From: an uncultured Lachnospiraceae bacterium | Lineage (GTDB): Bacteria; Bacillota; Clostridia; Lachnospirales; Lachnospiraceae | Assembly (NCBI GenBank): GCA_964424785.1 | Contig: CAYRKA010000001.1 | Location: 33,416-97,415 of the forward strand | Direction: 5' to 3' | DNA: 64,000 bases | Shown: positions 60,531 through 64,000 of the stretch, one piece after another | How positions within the stretch are numbered: the stretch's first letter is position 1 | Layout of the letters: each line of letters starts with the position of its first letter | Position numbers and translations under genes: made by a program | Notes under the pieces: generated by a model | What the model was told of the DNA's origin: nothing | Seen by the model: only the letters and a program-made list of their open reading frames with translations | Databases searched by the model: none

Positions 60531-60568
60531 AGGTTGCCGCAGGGAGGAATGCCCTGCGGCAACCTTTT
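60531..60568 (+). terminator. 14-bp hairpin with T-tract after the SBP gene
   Basis: aggttgccgcaggg-aggaatg-ccctgcggcaacct-ttt. Confidence 0.7.
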
Positions 60569-60658
60569 ATGCGCAGGCTCACAAGAGGTATTTTGCTGCT
60601 TACGCAGTATGCGAGCCGCGCGGGCGGATAGGGTCGGTAAACTCCCCTATCCGATCGC
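60565..60658 (+). repeat. Dispersed two-hairpin element, full copy (94 nt)
   Basis: ttttatgcgcaggctcacaagaggtattttgctgcttacgcagtatgcgagccgcgcgggcggatagggtcggtaaactcccctatccgatcgc; begins at a terminator T-tract. Confidence 0.85.
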
Positions 60659-60707
60659 AGGCCGGGCTGCGTTTTCCCTGCCCACTCGTTAACGAAGGGA
60701 GTTCAAT

Positions 60708-61592
60708 ATGGATTTTATCAACAAAAATCTGCCATATCTCCTCGCCGGGATCTCTGTCGGCGGACAGTATGCGCTGATTGCGATCGGGTACACGATGGTG
60801 TATGGCATCCTGCGCCTGATTAACTTCGCGCACGGCGATATTTTTACGGTAGCTGCCCTGGTGCTTGTGTATTCGTCCACGGTGCTGCCGCTGTATCTTT
60901 CGATCCCGCTAACGCTCGTCGCGACAGTGGCGCTTGGCCTTGTGGTGGAGCGGGTCGCCTACAAGCCGCTGCGCAATGCGCCGCGTATGTCCGTCATGAT
61001 TTCGGCCATCGGCGTGTCCTATCTGCTGCAGAACCTGGCTCTCTACATAACCGGCGGTCTCGCGCAGACGTATCCGGCGATTCCGTTTATTTCTGATACG
61101 GTCAGGATCGGCCCGGCGACGACGAAGGTCGTCACGGTCGTGACCCCGGTGCTGACGATCGTGCTGGTCATTGCGCTGATGCAGCTCATCAACCACACAA
61201 AGATCGGTATGGCGATGCGGTCTGTCGCGAATGATTTCGAGACAAGCCGCCTCATGGGGATCAAGGTCGACAATGTCATCAGCATGACGTTTGTGATCGG
61301 CTCTTTCCTCGCCGCAGTCGGCTCGCTCCTGTACTTTACGAATTATGCGTCCGTTGTTCCGACATCCGGCGCGATGCCGGGGCTTAAGGCGTTTGTTGCG
61401 GCGGTATTCGGAGGGATCGGCTCGATTCCGGGAGCCGTGATCGGCGCGTTTATCATCGGTATCTGTGAAAATATCATCAAGGGTCTCGGCTGGACGACGT
61501 TCTCCGACGCGTTTACCTTCGCGCTGCTGATCGTGATCCTGATTGTCAAGCCGACCGGCCTGTTCGGTGAGAAAGCGACAGACAAGGTCTGA
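60708..61592 (+). CDS. livH: Branched-chain amino-acid ABC transporter permease
   Basis: YALIAIGYTMVYGILRLINFAHG, KIGMAMRSV, GLKAFVAAVFGGIGS. Confidence 0.92.
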   Translation: MDFINKNLPYLLAGISVGGQYALIAIGYTMVYGILRLINFAHGDIFTVAALVLVYSSTVLPLYLSIPLTLVATVALGLVVERVAYKPLRNAPRMSVMISAIGVSYLLQNLALYITGGLAQTYPAIPFISDTVRIGPATTKVVTVVTPVLTIVLVIALMQLINHTKIGMAMRSVANDFETSRLMGIKVDNVISMTFVIGSFLAAVGSLLYFTNYASVVPTSGAMPGLKAFVAAVFGGIGSIPGAVIGAFIIGICENIIKGLGWTTFSDAFTFALLIVILIVKPTGLFGEKATDKV

Positions 61593-61609
61593 GGAGGGGT
61601 GGCTGCGTT

Positions 61610-62680
61610 ATGGGCAAAAAGAAAAATATGATCATTTCAGCGCTTCTCTTTCTGGCGCTGCTCGCTGTAATTATGGTTCTGGAGCGGATCCTCCCGCCGA
61701 CGCACATTGCGCTGACGGTGCTGAAAAAAGGCTGCATTTATTCCCTGGTCGCCGTTTCCATGAATCTGCTGAACGGTTTTACGGGCCTGTTCTCCCTGGG
61801 TCAGGCGGGCTTCATGCTGATTGGGGCGTATACCTACGCTGTCCTGACGATCCCGGTAGCCGACAGGGCATCGGTGTACCAGTATTTCCATGGCGGCATT
61901 ATCCAGTTCTCGGCGCCGGTATTCGTCGGCCTGCTCGCCGCAGGTGTCCTCGCTGCGGTTTTCGCGTGGCTGATCGGCCTGCCGGTGCTCCGCCTGAAAA
62001 GTGATTACCTCGCGATCGCGACACTCGGCTTTGCCGAGATCATCCGCGCCTTTTTCCAGTGGGATGTGCTCGGGCCGGTGACGAACGGCTCGAATATGCT
62101 GCGCAAATATCCGAGCTTTACCTCGGTGACGTTCCCGTTCCTCGTGTGTGCGGCCTGTATTGCGGTCATGGTGCTCGTGATCAATTCCTCCTACGGCAGG
62201 GCGTTCAAGGCCATCCGCGACGACGAGGTCGCGGCTGAAGCGATGGGGATCAACCTCGCGAAGCACAAGAGGATGGCGTTCTGCATCTCGTCGTTTTTCG
62301 CTGGAGTGGGCGGAGGCCTGCTCGCGATGTACCAGTCGTCAATCCAGTCGCAGACGTTCAAGTCCGCGATGACGTATGAGATCCTGCTGATCGTCGTGAT
62401 CGGCGGCCTCGGCAGCGTGACGGGAAGCTGCATCGCGTCGTTCCTGTTTATCGCGTGCTCGGAGTGGTGGCTCCGTTTCCTCGATGTCGAGACGTATATC
62501 GGCGATTTCAAGGTGCCGTTCCTGCGCGCTGGTTTCCGCAAGGTCGTTTTCTCCATCATTATCATGGCGATCGTGCTGTTCGCGCGGCAGGGTCTGATGG
62601 GCAGCCGGGAATTTTCGATCGACGGCATCTGTAAATTTTTCAAAAAACGGTTCGGGAAAAAGAAGGAGGTGCGCTCATGA
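61610..62680 (+). CDS. livM: Branched-chain amino-acid ABC transporter permease
   Basis: NLLNGFTGLFSLGQAGF, LRLKSDYLAIATLGF, GRAFKAIRDDE, VVIGGLGS. Confidence 0.92.
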   Translation: MGKKKNMIISALLFLALLAVIMVLERILPPTHIALTVLKKGCIYSLVAVSMNLLNGFTGLFSLGQAGFMLIGAYTYAVLTIPVADRASVYQYFHGGIIQFSAPVFVGLLAAGVLAAVFAWLIGLPVLRLKSDYLAIATLGFAEIIRAFFQWDVLGPVTNGSNMLRKYPSFTSVTFPFLVCAACIAVMVLVINSSYGRAFKAIRDDEVAAEAMGINLAKHKRMAFCISSFFAGVGGGLLAMYQSSIQSQTFKSAMTYEILLIVVIGGLGSVTGSCIASFLFIACSEWWLRFLDVETYIGDFKVPFLRAGFRKVVFSIIIMAIVLFARQGLMGSREFSIDGICKFFKKRFGKKKEVRS

Positions 62681-63522
62681 GTGAGAATGTCCTCCGCGTA
62701 AGCGACATTACGATGCAGTTCGGCGGCGTCGTTGCCGTCGACAACCTTTCCCTTGAGGTGAACAAGGGCGAGATCGTCGCGCTGATCGGCCCGAACGGCG
62801 CCGGGAAGACGACGGCGTTCAACTGCATCACGGGCGTCTATGAACCGACCAACGGTTCCGTATCCTTTTATGGGAAAGAGCTCCTGGAGAGCTATCCGCG
62901 CGGCAAAATGAAAAAACTCTATAAGGGGGAGAATGCCGGCAAATACACGAAGCGTATCGTGCCGACTCCCGATAAGATCACCAAAGAGGGGATTGCGCGT
63001 ACCTTCCAGAATATCCGCCTGTTTTCCTCAATGACGGTTTTTGACAATGTGCTGATCGCAAAGCATATGCGCGCGAAGCAGAACCTGTTCACTGCGACCT
63101 TCCGCCTGAACCACGCGGAGGAGGAGCGGATGCGCCGCGAGACGATGGAGCTGCTTCAGATGCAGAACCTCGCGCATCTGAAGGATGAGATCGCAGGCTC
63201 GCTGCCGTACGGCATCCAGAGACGCCTTGAGATCGCGCGCGCCCTGGCGACGGGTCCGAAGCTTTTGCTGCTCGATGAGCCGGCTGCCGGCATGAATCCG
63301 CAGGAGACGCAGGAGCTGGCAAACTTCATCCGCCAGATCCGGGACGAATATAAGCTGACCATTTTTATCATTGAGCACCATATGGATCTGGTGATGCAGA
63401 TCTCAGACCGGGTGTACGTGCTGGACTTTGGCAGACTGCTTGCTTCCGGCACGCCGGAGGAGGTGCAGAACAATCCGCGCGTCGTGGAAGCATATCTGGG
63501 GGTGAGTGAAGAAGATGCTTAA
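62677..63522 (+). CDS. livG: Branched-chain amino-acid ABC transporter ATP-binding protein
   Basis: GPNGAGKTT, IARTFQNIRLF, LPYGIQRRLEIARAL, LLDEPAAG, IEHHM, VVEAYLG. Confidence 0.93.
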   Translation: MSENVLRVSDITMQFGGVVAVDNLSLEVNKGEIVALIGPNGAGKTTAFNCITGVYEPTNGSVSFYGKELLESYPRGKMKKLYKGENAGKYTKRIVPTPDKITKEGIARTFQNIRLFSSMTVFDNVLIAKHMRAKQNLFTATFRLNHAEEERMRRETMELLQMQNLAHLKDEIAGSLPYGIQRRLEIARALATGPKLLLLDEPAAGMNPQETQELANFIRQIRDEYKLTIFIIEHHMDLVMQISDRVYVLDFGRLLASGTPEEVQNNPRVVEAYLGVSEEDA

Positions 63523-64000
63523 GGTAAATGATCTGAAGGTAAATTACGGAGGCATTGAGGCCGTCAAGGGAATCAGCTTCGAGGTGCCCGAGAAGAGCAT
63601 CGTCACCCTGATCGGCGCAAACGGCGCCGGGAAATCAACGACGCTGCGCTCAATCGTCTCCCTCGTAAAGCCTGCTTCGGGGACGATCGAGTTCCTGAAT
63701 GAGAACATTACAGGCAAGGACACGAATGATATCGTTGCGCGCGGCATCACGCTGGTGCCGGAGGGCAGGAAGATCTTCCCGGATCTTACCGTGCTCGAGA
63801 ATCTCAAGGTTGGTGCATATATGCGCAAGGACAACCTGACCGATGACCTGAACTGGGTATTCGACCTGTTCCCGCGCCTCAAGGAGCGCCACTGGCAGGC
63901 CGGAGGCACGCTCTCAGGCGGCGAGCAGCAGATGCTGGCCGTGGCGCGCGCCCTGATGAGCCGCCCGAAGCTGATCATGATGGACGAACCGTCGCTTGGC
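63515..64000 (+). CDS. livF: Branched-chain amino-acid ABC transporter ATP-binding protein, 3' end outside the window
   Basis: Read by hand from ATG 63515: MLKVNDLKVNYGG..GANGAGKST..VPEGRKIF..GTLSGGEQQMLAVARALM..MDEPSLG; absent from the ORF track because it has no stop. Confidence 0.92.
   Translation, partial: MLKVNDLKVNYGGIEAVKGISFEVPEKSIVTLIGANGAGKSTTLRSIVSLVKPASGTIEFLNENITGKDTNDIVARGITLVPEGRKIFPDLTVLENLKVGAYMRKDNLTDDLNWVFDLFPRLKERHWQAGGTLSGGEQQMLAVARALMSRPKLIMMDEPSLG

Overview
GC-rich (about 55-60% in coding regions) core chromosome of a spore-forming Bacillota, most likely Lachnospiraceae; the taxon is inferred from gene content and synteny. In order: a cell-surface glycopolymer cluster (GT-C membrane protein, WecE-type aminotransferase, three GT2s, a WcaJ-type priming transferase, an LCP ligase), glmS, an atypical clpX, a stand-alone RpoD-type sigma factor, a cation antiporter, an Ldh_2 oxidoreductase, a PLP aminotransferase, trkA/trkH, an NlpC/P60 hydrolase, a CorC-type protein, rho-rpmE-DUF1385-prmC-prfA, glmM, an ABC half-transporter, hisC, a methyltransferase, an LTA synthase family gene, a polar amino-acid ABC operon with DDAH behind an ArgR-like box, acyltransferase-3 plus SGNH proteins, gpr-spoIIP, a low-GC Rpn-family insert that truncates a NimA-like gene, lepA, an SPFH-Arc operon, hemW, queT with a preQ1-I riboswitch, and a liv ABC operon cut by the window end. 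No rRNA, tRNA or CRISPR array was seen. The main unexplained signal is a dispersed two-hairpin element of about 95 bp. It has 7 recognisable full or partial copies with covarying stems, always oriented with the upstream transcript, and three copies start at TTTATGC. Other leads: prion-like GY/GQ repeats on the LCP protein, a possible intragenic antitoxin start in the Rpn gene, an ArgR-linked methylarginine uptake/DDAH module, an 11-bp triple operator over the SPFH-Arc promoter, and an extra structured RNA in front of the preQ1 aptamer. All product calls come from motif recognition, not database searches.
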